A stretch of DNA of 64,000 bases, from assembly GCA_965209085.1 (NCBI GenBank), contig OZ242376.1, positions 256,001 to 320,000 on the forward strand, given 5' to 3'. This document shows, one piece after another, positions 29,489-40,049 of the stretch. The notes below the pieces were generated by a model that had not been told where the DNA came from, searched no databases, and was given only the letters and a program-made list of their open reading frames with translations. The position numbers were made by a program, and so were the translations under genes. Position 1 is the stretch's first letter. Each line of letters begins with the position of its first letter. Origin of the DNA: Nitrosopumilaceae archaeon. GTDB lineage: Archaea; Thermoproteota; Nitrososphaeria; Nitrososphaerales; Nitrosopumilaceae.

Positions 29489-32400
29489 TTACGGATTTAA
29501 TTCCTCATCAAAACCTCTAAATCTATCAATAGCTCTCTCAGTATCTTGTATATATTCTGACAACCATTTTTGGACATTTATGTTTGATTCTTTTTTATAT
29601 AATTCTTCAAGTTTCTGTTTTTTATTTTCATGATGCGTTGCGCCAGATCCTGTCCAAGATTCATTATTAAAATTTATAATAATATATCGTCCAACATTTT
29701 CAATTTTTGAATATTTTGCAAGTATTTTACGTGCAATATTGAAATCATGAGGTATTAAATTTGCGATTATCGGTGCTCTTTTGTTTGGAGATTCATCAAT
29801 CCAAGACATTACATCGTCGATAGGAAATTTATCAAATATAGATTTTTTGTCATGTCCATCTCCCCGCATCCAAAGTGTCATGGTCACCGTGTGTTTTGTT
29901 CTTGGATCTAGATATGATGAGACAAGTTCCCATACTTTAGAGGGATGTTTTGATATTATGTCATTTAATATTTCCAAACATTGTGTATTACCAATTGCAG
30001 AAAATATTGAATTTCCTGAAAAATTATCAAAAATATGTTTTGCCAGCGGCATGAGCATACTAGGATATACTTTGATAAATTTATCTGCAATATTCTTCCA
30101 ATAATACTCCAGCATTACATCATGATAAGTATCAGATATGTGTTCGCTTGTTAATAAATTAAATATTAAATCATCGGATATCAGATTCCAATTAAAATTA
30201 TAATCTAATTGCTTATCAAGTAAATTAATTGCTAGAATAACAGAATCTCTTGTATTGGATTTAATGATCTTTTCAAGCCATTTCACAAATATAGAATCAG
30301 ATAATTTACCAAATCTACCATATTGAAAATATTCAAAAATAGTATAATCCATACTTGGTTTATCTAGTATCAATAATAACATTTTGGCAGATTTATCATT
30401 AATTCCACTTCTCCATATTAATTCTGGTATTAGTTTATACAATACAGAATCAGAAAAAATTAAATCAAGAGTTTGATCATACATTTTAATATTGTTTTCA
30501 TATAATACTCGCATATACCCACCAAGAAAATGGCATGTGTTTAGTTTTGGATCATATTGCACGTTGCGATATGATTGTAGTATGTTTGGTAATAATTGAA
30601 ATTTTTTATCATGGTTACCTAATTCATATCCAAAATATTGTCCATTTTTTGCATTTTTACCAATTAACCATGGCAATTCATTTTTAATTAATTCATAATT
30701 TTTGGAGTCATCGATCAGTTTACAAAATCGTTTCTTGAATAACGAATCATGATTTTCATCAATTTTGTCTACAAGTAAATCCATTCCAACATATCTATGC
30801 AATTTCGAAACATAGTCAACACCAATAATATCATTATTTAACAAATTCTTTAATTTTAATTTCATATCTTTTGAAATATGATCGTTATATTTCAATTCTT
30901 TAGATATGGAATCAACTAGCGATTCTTTGTTAGCATAATTATTGGCATTTAATGATCTTAGGATTGAAAAAAATATTAGCACTGTTTTGGAATTTACAAG
31001 CATGTTTCTTGCACTGGTAAATACAACTTTAACAATTTCACTTCTTACATCATTGTTACATTTTGGTAATAATGATCTCATAAATATCAAAATTGCAATC
31101 CTGTAATCGTCTATTTCATTACCATTTGCAGGGATCCATACTTTCACATTATCATCCAATTCTCCGTATTCGTGAACATTTACTATGCCTAGAGGTTCAT
31201 GCAATCCAGCTCCACACGCATTGATCATAATTATCCGTCTTGTAGTAGAAGAGTTGGCAAATTCTTCCTGTAATATTTTAAAACGTTCGATTGGAGCTAA
31301 TTCTGTGGGTGCGGTATTATGACCGTACACAATACTGAACAAGCCCATAAATGATCCAGTTGCGTTATTCGCATACGTTGAATTTTCGGTTTCTGCCAAA
31401 GTTAGTAATAATTTCATTGCTTGAGAAAAATATTCTTTTTTCATAACAATTTTATTTAACGCAAAAACTATTTCAGTTCTTCCAGTTTTATAATTTAATA
31501 ATTTTTCATGAGACATTTTAGAAAAAAAACGTTCTAAAAAAGATAATGAATCATTCGGATGTATCACTGCTATTACTAAAAAAAAATTTTGTATTATTGT
31601 ATTTTTATCTGTATTCATATATTTTTCAAATAATCCACCCTCCGCAAGTAATTTTTTTACTCTTGATTGTGCCACTAGATTCTTTTTTGCATATCTAAAC
31701 ATATCAAAATACCACGTTATAAAAATATGAGTTGTACTATCAATTTCATTATTTTCATTTTTTAATATGAGATTATCTAGATCAATGGCCACTGCATTTC
31801 CAAATTTTTCCCACAATTTAACCCATAATTTAACATGTAATATTTTTGGAGTGATGTATAATATTATTTTACCTTGTAAAACTTTCATATGCATCAACGT
31901 ATCTACATTTTCGTTAAAGTCTCCCAGAGAGATGTTATCGTATGTTTTTGCTAATTTTGCAATATATTTAATATGTTGACTATATACATCTCTATATCCA
32001 AATCGTTTGAATAAGCTAATCCACATTAAAACTTTCCAACGAATTTTTGCTTCGGGAGATTTTACATCATTTTTATTTGCAACGTATCTCTCCCAAAATG
32101 GAACTGAATTAGGATTTTTTAGTATGTCTTGGGGATATTTTTCTAAATTAAAACCTATTATGTGTGCAGCTCTAGGCGAATCTCCACATTCTCTGGCCCA
32201 TTTAGAAATATGTTCTTTTGGAATATGATATTTTTCTAATATAGATTCTATTTGTTTATTTGATAATAGTGGTGGAGAAAATTTATTATTCGAATAATCT
32301 TCATTAAATTCATTATGAATTGTTATAAGTTTAATTCTAGAACCATGTTGACGAAATTGATTACTAATCCGTTCATATGCCATATCATCACATTCATCGA

Positions 32401-33226
32401 CAACTAATATCATGTGTTTATTTGTATCATGTTTAATCGAACGACTAAAATCGTTATAATCTAGATCGTCAGGTGTTTCAAAATATAATACTAATGGGGC
32501 TATATCATCAGATCTTGTTGTTTCTAAAATTATCCGTGTTTTTCCCGCACCGGGTTCTTCAATAACACGAATATTGGTAGATTGGCTCCAATTTCTTAGC
32601 TGATCTTGGATATTATTCATATAAACAATTTGTTTTTCATCCTTAATGAATTCTTGACGGAAGTCATTATTTTTGGACCATGTTTCATGTGTTATGAAAT
32701 TTGATTTTATATTTTTTATATCTACGATTAATGATGGAAAATGATTTAAAAAGCTGACGATTGTGTTTTTTTTCCAAATTTCTATATTTGGTTTTGTGTC
32801 GGTTATGGACACATTTTGTAACGCATCATAAAATTTCTTTAATAATTCATTATTATGAGTTTCTGGTTTATCATATCCGGTTAGTATAAGGATCAATGTG
32901 TTATTGTTGTCAAAACACATTTTAATTTTTGGCTTTAATTTTCCTTTGCTGTTAAATAAAATTTCTTTAATAATTAAATTTTTGCCAGATTTGACTTGAT
33001 AATACGTTGTACCTTTTTTTATAAGGCCATATTTACTATTTCTATCCGCATTAACAACCTCTGCATCAATTCCTCCATCTGAATCATTAATTTCACTTGG
33101 TATGTTTATATTGGTTGAAGGGATTTCAGATATGCTAGCATCTGTCCAAAGCATCTTATGTAATAATTCTACAGATCTTGTTGGATCTAGTTGTGTTAAT
33201 TCGTCTACTAATATCTCAAACATCAT
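29489..33226 (-). CDS. Large PD-(D/E)XK nuclease-STAND-like NTPase with helical-repeat C-terminus (candidate defence protein)
   Basis: N-terminal SDGGIDA...YYQVKSG; Walker A EEPGAGKTR; Walker B ILVVDE; long helical C-terminus; very AT-rich. Confidence 0.75.
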   Translation of the reverse strand: MMFEILVDELTQLDPTRSVELLHKMLWTDASISEIPSTNINIPSEINDSDGGIDAEVVNADRNSKYGLIKKGTTYYQVKSGKNLIIKEILFNSKGKLKPKIKMCFDNNNTLILILTGYDKPETHNNELLKKFYDALQNVSITDTKPNIEIWKKNTIVSFLNHFPSLIVDIKNIKSNFITHETWSKNNDFRQEFIKDEKQIVYMNNIQDQLRNWSQSTNIRVIEEPGAGKTRIILETTRSDDIAPLVLYFETPDDLDYNDFSRSIKHDTNKHMILVVDECDDMAYERISNQFRQHGSRIKLITIHNEFNEDYSNNKFSPPLLSNKQIESILEKYHIPKEHISKWARECGDSPRAAHIIGFNLEKYPQDILKNPNSVPFWERYVANKNDVKSPEAKIRWKVLMWISLFKRFGYRDVYSQHIKYIAKLAKTYDNISLGDFNENVDTLMHMKVLQGKIILYITPKILHVKLWVKLWEKFGNAVAIDLDNLILKNENNEIDSTTHIFITWYFDMFRYAKKNLVAQSRVKKLLAEGGLFEKYMNTDKNTIIQNFFLVIAVIHPNDSLSFLERFFSKMSHEKLLNYKTGRTEIVFALNKIVMKKEYFSQAMKLLLTLAETENSTYANNATGSFMGLFSIVYGHNTAPTELAPIERFKILQEEFANSSTTRRIIMINACGAGLHEPLGIVNVHEYGELDDNVKVWIPANGNEIDDYRIAILIFMRSLLPKCNNDVRSEIVKVVFTSARNMLVNSKTVLIFFSILRSLNANNYANKESLVDSISKELKYNDHISKDMKLKLKNLLNNDIIGVDYVSKLHRYVGMDLLVDKIDENHDSLFKKRFCKLIDDSKNYELIKNELPWLIGKNAKNGQYFGYELGNHDKKFQLLPNILQSYRNVQYDPKLNTCHFLGGYMRVLYENNIKMYDQTLDLIFSDSVLYKLIPELIWRSGINDKSAKMLLLILDKPSMDYTIFEYFQYGRFGKLSDSIFVKWLEKIIKSNTRDSVILAINLLDKQLDYNFNWNLISDDLIFNLLTSEHISDTYHDVMLEYYWKNIADKFIKVYPSMLMPLAKHIFDNFSGNSIFSAIGNTQCLEILNDIISKHPSKVWELVSSYLDPRTKHTVTMTLWMRGDGHDKKSIFDKFPIDDVMSWIDESPNKRAPIIANLIPHDFNIARKILAKYSKIENVGRYIIINFNNESWTGSGATHHENKKQKLEELYKKESNINVQKWLSEYIQDTERAIDRFRGFDEELNP

Positions 33227-33429
33227 ATTAAATTAATTTTGCTATTATATATTAGACACTATACTGACACGTAAAAGTAACTGCAATTTATGACTCTGCA
33301 CAATGTTACCGCAAGATATTTTGATCACATCGTGTATGAATCAATCATGAACAAAGAACATCAAGAACTGTACAATGCAAGCAGGCATGTCAAAGATGGT
33401 AGAGATCGAGAAAATACATTTTGTAAGCA

Positions 33430-34466
33430 TGGATGATCCTCTCTTTTTTGCAAGACATCGGTAAAATTCAGAAATGTTACTCTCTGATGTAAATCAGACA
33501 TGAGTGATAACCGATTCCACCAGTGCCCACCACACCATCTGGCTTTCCTCTTTTTGTTATATGTCCGTGATGGACCACATCTGCTGAACTGCGAACCTAT
33601 GGGGCAAGACTCACATATGATTTGAATTGTTTTAGTTCAGAAAACCTCTCAACTCCATCAATCTCTGCTGTCAGTATCAATGAAATAAAATCACCTATGC
33701 CAGGTATTGTCTTGAGCAACATTGCATCCTTGTTTGAACAGGATGCGTTGTGTATTTATGTTTGAATCCGCAATTTTTGTATTAATAATCCAATAGAATC
33801 CAAATATCCATTTATACGATAATCCTTGAGAACGCAGTTTTTTATTGTGTGCAAGCGTAAATGTTGCTCCAAAGATCTCTATCCCTCCCTGTAACAAAAT
33901 TCCATGCATTTTGTTTTTTTTAGAATTGTTCTTGTCTTGACAAGACTGTAGCGATATCGTACAAGTTGTCGTTGTTCCATTATGTCCTTGTTTGAGACAT
34001 GACAGAGGGATATGTATCCACAACGTAATAGGTCTGCAAGTGTTATAGCATCTCTTTTGTCAGTTTTTTTCTTGGATGCGGCGATGATTTTTGTAGCCCA
34101 TGGATTTGACAATACGACATCATAACCCATTTTATCTGTTATGTATCGATATAATCCGTACCATATGGATGAAGATTCCATGACGATTTTTGCATTTTCA
34201 GGTACGCTTGATCTGAAGAATCATCAGATAGACTTGTTTTCATTTTCAATCCTCTCATTAAAAACCACTTTGGCTTTTTTATCCATCATTGCAAATTGAA
34301 GAAATTTCTTGTGGACGTCCATTCCAACAAACATATCCTTCCTAGAATATCGGGTAATCTGTTTGTTTACATTTGGATCTTTTTTAGATGATTTACGTCT
34401 CGGCAATACGGATCGTTTGACATTCTGACAACCATCTGTGGTCTTAGAAGCTCTCTTCACATATGG
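33430..34466 (-). pseudogene. Degraded, 3'-truncated second copy of the IS1111-type element
   Basis: Colinear with 4080-5118, with several frameshifts and stops; left end CCATATGTGAA intact. Confidence 0.9.
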
Positions 34467-34539
34467 TTATGCATAATGAGTCAAATTCCCAATTTTTACG
34501 AATAAAAATGACAGATTTGAACGATTATGCATACGGTCT
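34467..34539. mobile_element. MITE copy interrupted in its left TIR by the IS110 element
   Basis: TTATGCATAAT-GAGTCAAATTCCCAATTTTTACGAATAAAAAT...ATTATGCATACGGTCT followed by AAT. Confidence 0.85.
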
Positions 34540-34577
34540 AATAAAGATAAAAATATGACAATTAATTAAAAATATCT

Positions 34578-35450
34578 ATGAATAATAATATAGCCATAAT
34601 ATGCGATTGTGATGAAACACTAGCTGATGATACAACTAGTACTCTTATAAAAGAAAATGATATTGATGTAAAGGACTTTTGGAATGGCATAAATAAAAAT
34701 TTTGTAGAAAAAGGCTGGGATCCTCCTCAAGCATATATGAGTGAAATTTTAAGATATATGATAAATAAACAAATTAAACAAAATACACCTGAGAAGATGA
34801 AATGTTTTGGAGAAACGATCAAACCATATCGTGGGGTTGATAATTTTATGAAAGAATTAAAAGATATGATATCGGATAATTCTAGATGTATAAAAGCAGG
34901 CATTAATTTGAAAGGATATATTATTTCATCTGGTATTGAAGATTTGATAAGAGGTTGTAGTTTTGCTAATAAAGAACAATTTGAAGACATATTTGCATGT
35001 AATTATAATTGTGATGAAAATGGAATATATGATTCAATAAAAAATATAACGACATTTACAGAAAAAACAAAATTTCTTTATGCAATTAATAAAGGTATAA
35101 ACGGTAAAAGTTTAAGAAAATACCCATATTTAGTAAATGGCACAATTGAAAAAAAATCTAGAATACTCCCATTTGAAAATATGATCTATATTGGGGATGG
35201 ATCTGGAGACATACCCTGTTTTTCCGCTGTTCAATCTAATGGAGGTCATTGTATTGGAATATTTAATCCAGATAATATGAATGATGATCAAAATCAAATC
35301 ACCAGTACAAGAATTCGAAAAAAAGCATATGAATTATCATATGGAGGAAGAACAAATCATGGAAATTACTCTAATAATTTTTGTGAGAACAGTGATTTAC
35401 GATTAAATTTAGACATAATAATACACGAGATCACTGATCGTATATTATAA
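34578..35450 (+). CDS. HAD-superfamily hydrolase
   Basis: Motif I DCDETL, motif II ISSG, motif III EKTK, motif IV YIGDGSGDIPC. Confidence 0.85.
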   Translation: MNNNIAIICDCDETLADDTTSTLIKENDIDVKDFWNGINKNFVEKGWDPPQAYMSEILRYMINKQIKQNTPEKMKCFGETIKPYRGVDNFMKELKDMISDNSRCIKAGINLKGYIISSGIEDLIRGCSFANKEQFEDIFACNYNCDENGIYDSIKNITTFTEKTKFLYAINKGINGKSLRKYPYLVNGTIEKKSRILPFENMIYIGDGSGDIPCFSAVQSNGGHCIGIFNPDNMNDDQNQITSTRIRKKAYELSYGGRTNHGNYSNNFCENSDLRLNLDIIIHEITDRIL

Positions 35451-35691
35451 TATAAAATCGTGAAGTGGAATGGATGTCACATTTGCTAGATGGAGGGAAT
35501 TATTTCTCATAACAGGCAGAATCGCATTTTCTAACAAATCCACAGACAATTGGAATGTAGTATAGCCGCGAAGCGTCTCATTGCTCTGTATGGATTAGAT
35601 GAAATTCTCATACGCAGTACCTGTCATATCTTCTATTTTTATATCCATGCTGTATATGCGGTGTGGGCCTTTATTTGTCATCAAAATATAG

Positions 35692-35765
35692 CGGGTCTAG
35701 TGGGATTCGAACCCACGACAGCCGGATTAAAAGTCCGGTGCGCTACCTGGCTGCGCTATAGACCC
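35692..35765 (-). tRNA. tRNA-Lys(TTT)
   Basis: GGGTCTA...CCGGA-CTTTTAA-TCCGG...GTTCGAATC...TAGACCCG. Confidence 0.95.
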
Positions 35766-35861
35766 ATATTTGCACAAACCCTATATCGCATAATTTAGTC
35801 TTTATAGACGGCATAAAAATTCCGTAATGCTTTAATCGGACATACTGCCGATTGAAAATTA

Positions 35862-35939
35862 GCCCTTGTAGTATAGCCTGGTCTAGAATTCGGCCCTGTC
35901 ACGGCTGAGACGCGTGTTCAAATCCCGCCGAGGGCGCCA
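35862..35939 (+). tRNA. tRNA-Asp(GTC), CCA encoded
   Basis: GCCCTTG...CGGCC-CTGTCAC-GGCTG...GTTCAAATC...CGAGGGCG-CCA. Confidence 0.93.
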
Positions 35940-35951
35940 CTCTTTTCAAAC

Positions 35952-36749
35952 CTACCTTATATCTTTGACAATCTCATCTAGCATCTTTTCACTTGAAGCT
36001 GCCAAAAACGAGAGCCTTGTGGAATATTCCAAATCCGAATCCAAAGGTTTCAATTTCTCATCCAGTATTATCCCGCCGGCCTCTTTTACGAGAATATACC
36101 CCGCAGCAATATCCTGTATGCGTATCTTGCCGCGCAAATCCACCATCGCATCCATCAGACCGCGGGAAAACAGCGCCATCTCTAATGCGTTTGCACCAAA
36201 GTGGCGCAGATGATTGTAACTCTCAAAGAGCGGCTGCAACCTTGATAACAGTGCAGCATCAGCTCCGGAAATATTTAATCCAAGAATATTGTACAGCGGC
36301 TTTCCAGAATACACATGTATGGGTGAATCATTTAGAAAAGCACCTTTGTCTTTTGCTGCCCAATACACATCACCGTTTGTGAGATCACATACCACACCGG
36401 CAGATACTGTAGATAATTTATTTTCTCTAGCATAAGCTAGAGAGCAGCAAAAAAACGGCACGCCCCGTACGGCATTGGTTGATCCGTCTATTGCATCCAT
36501 TATTAAAAATCCCCCAGGTTCTCCTCCAAGCTCAATCCTACCGCACTCTTCGCCCAGTATTGTACATCCAAAACCTTTCTCCTTTACATAATCAATTACG
36601 GTTTTCTCCGCCACAACGTCTATGTTTCTTGAAATATCGCCGCCTGCACCAATACCAAAATCGCCTCCGGCCTCGTCAGTACCTGCCATGTTCTTTACTG
36701 CCTTGTACACAAGATTCGATGCCTCCCTTAACAGATCCTCTATTTCCAT
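35952..36749 (-). CDS. Inositol monophosphatase/FBPase family protein
   Basis: GEE, DAIDGSTN and DIAAG motifs. Confidence 0.9.
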   Translation of the reverse strand: MEIEDLLREASNLVYKAVKNMAGTDEAGGDFGIGAGGDISRNIDVVAEKTVIDYVKEKGFGCTILGEECGRIELGGEPGGFLIMDAIDGSTNAVRGVPFFCCSLAYARENKLSTVSAGVVCDLTNGDVYWAAKDKGAFLNDSPIHVYSGKPLYNILGLNISGADAALLSRLQPLFESYNHLRHFGANALEMALFSRGLMDAMVDLRGKIRIQDIAAGYILVKEAGGIILDEKLKPLDSDLEYSTRLSFLAASSEKMLDEIVKDIR

Positions 36750-36825
36750 GAAAAATCATACAGGCGCACCAATTTAAGTCAAATTTTGTATAAACCATTA
36801 ATAATAAAACATCCCCTGTCCGCAT

Positions 36826-37947
36826 ATGAGCGGCAAGGATTCATCCCTAGTAAGCAAAGAGGCCCTCATGGGAACCAAACCAGGCAAGAAGATAATCAAA
36901 CAGGGACTCTTCAAATCCAAAGGATACCGCATGTTCTCAAAGTACAAGATGGAAGCTGAAAAAGAGCTGCCAAACCTTGCAAAAAGATTTGCCAAACAGA
37001 TGCATGCTGCGATCAAGGCAGATGGTGCGCCAGCTGACACGCTAAAGGCGTTTGTGGCAGAAACCGGAGAGATGGAGATGGATTTACAGCCATCAATGAT
37101 AGAAAAAGTCAAGGCAAATCTGAACGATCCACAGATATTGCAGGATCGTATCATGCGCATACTTGATTCAAATTTTGTAAAAATGACATATCCTGTGTTT
37201 AACGCCCTATATGATGCAGCAGCTGCACACGATGGCCGTGACTCCTCGCTGAGACAGGACATGGTGGAGGGGCATATACTGGCAATCGATTTGAGTGAGC
37301 CGATGGACCGCATCGTGGACAAGGATGAGGATTTGGAATATCTTGACGATTACAGACTGATGAATCCGTACATTTTGCAGATTGCTAGAGAAAAAATAAA
37401 ACGCGGAGGCGAGCACGTACTAGAAGAATTTGAAAATGGGTTTGCACAGGCTCGGATGGGACAGGACATGGATACTGCATTAAAACAAAGGCCGGATAAA
37501 ATAACAAAAGAAGAGATGAGCGAATCATACAAGAAATACCGTTCTGTAATGGGAACTGCGGGACGCAACATGGCGCTTGCAAAAAATCCGCTGGGTGAGA
37601 TATTTTATTCTGGAATGGCGCACGCAGCTGAAGGCGTAGGGTGCGGAAACGAGATGGAGGATTCCCTAAAGCACGGGTTCATCAAAGTGCCCTCCTGGCC
37701 CTTGTACTATACCTTTTGCGCACAAAATGTGGAAAAAGGATTTGAATTGACAATGGAAAAAAGCGATCTGTATCTGAATGAGGCAAGACTTGCAATTGAA
37801 GCTGTGCCGAAAAATTTCACACACACGGATTTTCTAAACTTTCTCTTTCTTTCAGTGGAACACTATAACCGATACTGGTACAACCGCATTACAAAGGCGT
37901 CCGTTTGGAAGAGATTTGAATCAAACCTTCCGGTGAGCCTTCAATGA
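36826..37947 (+). CDS. Hypothetical protein (helical)
   Basis: 373-aa ORF with core-genome composition, coupled to rfcL. Confidence 0.8.
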   Translation: MSGKDSSLVSKEALMGTKPGKKIIKQGLFKSKGYRMFSKYKMEAEKELPNLAKRFAKQMHAAIKADGAPADTLKAFVAETGEMEMDLQPSMIEKVKANLNDPQILQDRIMRILDSNFVKMTYPVFNALYDAAAAHDGRDSSLRQDMVEGHILAIDLSEPMDRIVDKDEDLEYLDDYRLMNPYILQIAREKIKRGGEHVLEEFENGFAQARMGQDMDTALKQRPDKITKEEMSESYKKYRSVMGTAGRNMALAKNPLGEIFYSGMAHAAEGVGCGNEMEDSLKHGFIKVPSWPLYYTFCAQNVEKGFELTMEKSDLYLNEARLAIEAVPKNFTHTDFLNFLFLSVEHYNRYWYNRITKASVWKRFESNLPVSLQ

Positions 37948-39104
37948 TGTGGTCTGAGACATACAGGCCAAAAGGCATAGCATACATGGTGGGCAATGAG
38001 GAGGCGCGCGCCACACTTGTGGAATGGTTTACAAAATGGAAAAAAGGACTGAAACCTGTTCTCTTGGTTGGTCCGCCCGGAGTGGGCAAGACTACTGCTG
38101 CCATTCTTGCTGCAAATTCGTTTGGGTATGATATTGTGGGATTAAATGCTAGCGATATGAGAAACAAGGCCGGAATACATGATACGCTATACCCGATACT
38201 TGGAAATTTGAGCGTGAGGGGAACTCCGATGATATTCGTTGATGAGGTGGACGGCATACACGGACGCAACGATTTTGGAGGGGCAGAAGCTTTGCTCAAG
38301 ATACTCAAAGAGCCCACAATCCCGATTATTCTTGCGGCAAATTCTGCATCTAGTAAAAAAATGAAAAGCATAGCCAAAGCATGCAAAGTCATAAAGTTTA
38401 ATCCCTTATCCCCAAGACTGCTTCGGATGTATTTGCAAAACGTCCTAAAAATCGAAGGTGCAACGCTAGATACGCAAAGCATAATGCACGTTTTATCCTC
38501 CTCCAACGGGGACATGCGCTCCATGATGAATATGGCGCAGGCGTTTGTGGGCGGATTTTTACCTGACACTGAAAAACCTTTCATCACGCTTGATGCGCAG
38601 ACGGGCGTGGAGATGTTTTTCAAATCAAAGACAAAACAGGATGCGCGCCATATACTGGGCCGTATGAGGATGGATCCGTTTGAGAAAATATCCTCATTTT
38701 ATTCAAGCATAATAACAAGCGGTGCAAAACCTGTACAAATGGCTCGCATGATGGACGTACTCTCAAGGGCAGATGTACTGTACGGACGCATAATGTCAAC
38801 GCAACAGTGGAGACTGCTGCGCTATTTGGATGCAATTTTACTTGATTTGTTTGAGGTAAATTCCGGTATTTCATACAAACAGTACAATCTTCCATGGCCG
38901 CTGTTAAACCGGCTGCGCTGGGAGGGAAGATCGTTTGCAAAGATAAATGCCGAGATTGGATCAATGGTGCACGCATCAAAGAGCGCAATTGCTGCAATCT
39001 TTTTACCGTATTTTCTTATCTGCATTCGCAATGGTTCGATGAATCTGCAGCTATACAAGGAAGGATCAAATGAGGCCCTGCAAAAAGAGGTTGAGAGAAA
39101 ATGA
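37944..39104 (+). CDS. rfcL: Replication factor C large subunit
   Basis: WSETYRP, GPPGVGKT, LNASD, DEVDG and GDMRS motifs. Confidence 0.9.
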   Translation: MMWSETYRPKGIAYMVGNEEARATLVEWFTKWKKGLKPVLLVGPPGVGKTTAAILAANSFGYDIVGLNASDMRNKAGIHDTLYPILGNLSVRGTPMIFVDEVDGIHGRNDFGGAEALLKILKEPTIPIILAANSASSKKMKSIAKACKVIKFNPLSPRLLRMYLQNVLKIEGATLDTQSIMHVLSSSNGDMRSMMNMAQAFVGGFLPDTEKPFITLDAQTGVEMFFKSKTKQDARHILGRMRMDPFEKISSFYSSIITSGAKPVQMARMMDVLSRADVLYGRIMSTQQWRLLRYLDAILLDLFEVNSGISYKQYNLPWPLLNRLRWEGRSFAKINAEIGSMVHASKSAIAAIFLPYFLICIRNGSMNLQLYKEGSNEALQKEVERK

Positions 39105-39418
39105 GCTGGATAAAAATGACAATGAAATTTGCAGGCAAATGTACAGTATGCGGCAAAACTGTAGATGCGGGCAAGACCGGATTTTGGGCGCAAGGTATTG
39201 GGGTAAAACACGAAGAGTGCGCGCAGACAAAGGATCTTGAATGCATGGTTTGTGGCTCTTCTACAGGCTGTCCTTCCTGCGAATTTGCGGATTTTTGCGA
39301 TCCAAATCTAGTATCACAAAAATGCATCTGTACAAAATGCTCAAATTCTGAAGATCCGCTTTTATCGTACCTGAACCGCGCATCGAGGCAGTTTCCGGTG
39401 CTAAATCTTAAAATTTAA
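39101..39418 (+). CDS. Cys-rich zinc-finger hypothetical protein
   Basis: CTVC, HEEC, CMVC, CPSC and CICTKC. Confidence 0.8.
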   Translation: MSWIKMTMKFAGKCTVCGKTVDAGKTGFWAQGIGVKHEECAQTKDLECMVCGSSTGCPSCEFADFCDPNLVSQKCICTKCSNSEDPLLSYLNRASRQFPVLNLKI

Positions 39419-39425
39419 CCAAATA

Positions 39426-39851
39426 ATGCCTTTGAACATAATGTCAAAAGATGAGGCTGCAGCGGGAAAGAAAATTATTGATGCACCAACAGAAAAGGCA
39501 CCTGATGCTGCCTCTAATGCCGTGGAAAAGGTAGAGCCAAAGCCAAAAGAATACACTCCAGAAGAGATTGAATCCATTGCCAATAAAGTGGAGGTGCCAG
39601 GAGATCAGACGCCGCCGTACAATCCAAAATTTATACTCTCAAAGGAATTTGAAGGCACGTCAAGTTATGAACACGGCATAAAGACGGTAAAGACTGAGCT
39701 TCAAAAAACAATTGATACTGAACAGGATCCGGTAAATTTGAAGAGGGCAAAAGAAGAGATGCGCAAATTGGACTATCTTTATCAGAATTTTAACATCGGC
39801 ATGAACGTCTTTAGAACCTCCAAAGGCGGCAGGGACAAACTGCGGGTTTAA
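39426..39851 (+). CDS. Hypothetical protein
   Basis: 141-aa ORF continuing the operon. Confidence 0.75.
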   Translation: MPLNIMSKDEAAAGKKIIDAPTEKAPDAASNAVEKVEPKPKEYTPEEIESIANKVEVPGDQTPPYNPKFILSKEFEGTSSYEHGIKTVKTELQKTIDTEQDPVNLKRAKEEMRKLDYLYQNFNIGMNVFRTSKGGRDKLRV

Positions 39852-39920
39852 CTGCGGATTTTAAAACCCTCACTGCCATATGTTGGATAATTTTAAATAA
39901 TTGTACGTACAATATATGAC

Positions 39921-39998
39921 ATGGCTGGAAAAAAAGGCAAAGGCGGAAAACCCAGTAAAACGGGCAGACCGTCTGGAAAAGGCAGAGACAACGACTAG
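39921..39998 (+). CDS. 25-aa Gly/Lys-rich micropeptide MAGKKGKGGKPSKTGRPSGKGRDND
   Basis: Clean ATG..TAG, below the ORF-track cut-off; TATA-like TTTAAA at 39892-39897, spaced for a leaderless transcript. Confidence 0.6.
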   Translation: MAGKKGKGGKPSKTGRPSGKGRDND

Positions 39999-40049
39999 TG
40001 CCGGATATTTTACCAAACTTTTTTTAACGCACATACACTAGGTGACGTA

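Noticed and set aside
35550-35798. 82-aa ORF
   Set aside because: It overlaps tRNA-Lys antisense; the AGLVGFEPTT translation is a typical tRNA shadow.
35912-35928. T-C mismatch in the tRNA-Asp T-stem as a sign of a pseudo-tRNA or editing
   Set aside because: It is a single mismatch in an otherwise intact tRNA with encoded CCA, which is insufficient evidence.
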